IMG/VR virus record: IMGVR_UViG_3300017707_001111
Coordinates: 1-24,348 of that record
Direction: 5' to 3' (one strand)
Length of the DNA: 24,348 nt
Source: a virus
Lineage: Duplodnaviria > Caudoviricetes
Positions 24,294 through 24,348 of the stretch are shown one piece after another. Numbering within the stretch: the stretch's first letter is position 1; the number at the start of each line of letters is the position of its first letter. The notes beneath the pieces were generated by a model. It was given only the letters and a program-made list of their open reading frames with translations. It was not told where the DNA came from and ran no database searches. The translations under genes were made by a program, and so were the position numbers.

Positions 24294-24348
24294 ATGGCCA
24301 AAGGCTACCTGATTGACGCGGAGCTGCTTGCAGCGATCCGCGAAGTCG
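24294..24348 (+). CDS. Start of the next gene, truncated by the window edge
   Basis: GGAG RBS then ATG, reading MAKGYLIDAELLAAIREV and open to the end of the window. Confidence 0.6.
   Translation, partial: MAKGYLIDAELLAAIREV

Noticed and set aside
1-24348. Integrase/att sites, tRNAs, transposases, lysis genes, host assignment
   Set aside because: None recognised. The tail genes reminded me of planctomycete prophages, but I cannot support a host call from sequence alone.

Overview
This window is the packaging, head and tail region of a GC-rich HK97/lambda-like tailed phage or prophage, almost all on the + strand. The gene order is terS, terL, small membrane protein, extended portal, S49 head protease, then about 9 kb of accessory DNA, then major capsid, decoration and neck proteins, tail tube, frameshifted G/GT chaperones, a short tape measure and tail-tip proteins. 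The accessory DNA holds two nested systems. (1) An apparent nonulosonic (sialic-like) acid pathway: NeuB, NeuC, NeuA, two dehydrogenases, a broken methyltransferase and a Maf/CstII-like transferase. This is a candidate for virion or host-surface sialylation. (2) A ~1.6 kb cassette between neuB and neuC: an HTH gene, a stand-alone Cas7/RAMP-like gene, and three non-coding arrays of phased 5-nt units (constant GGY plus a variable dinucleotide). This looks like a compact RNA-guided system. The variable dinucleotides of array 3, read with one-base gaps, match the cassette's own divergent promoter region. Other oddities: a portal-like segment inside a dehydrogenase, and two short peptide tags shared among head proteins. 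All calls come from reading motifs by eye; no database searches were run.
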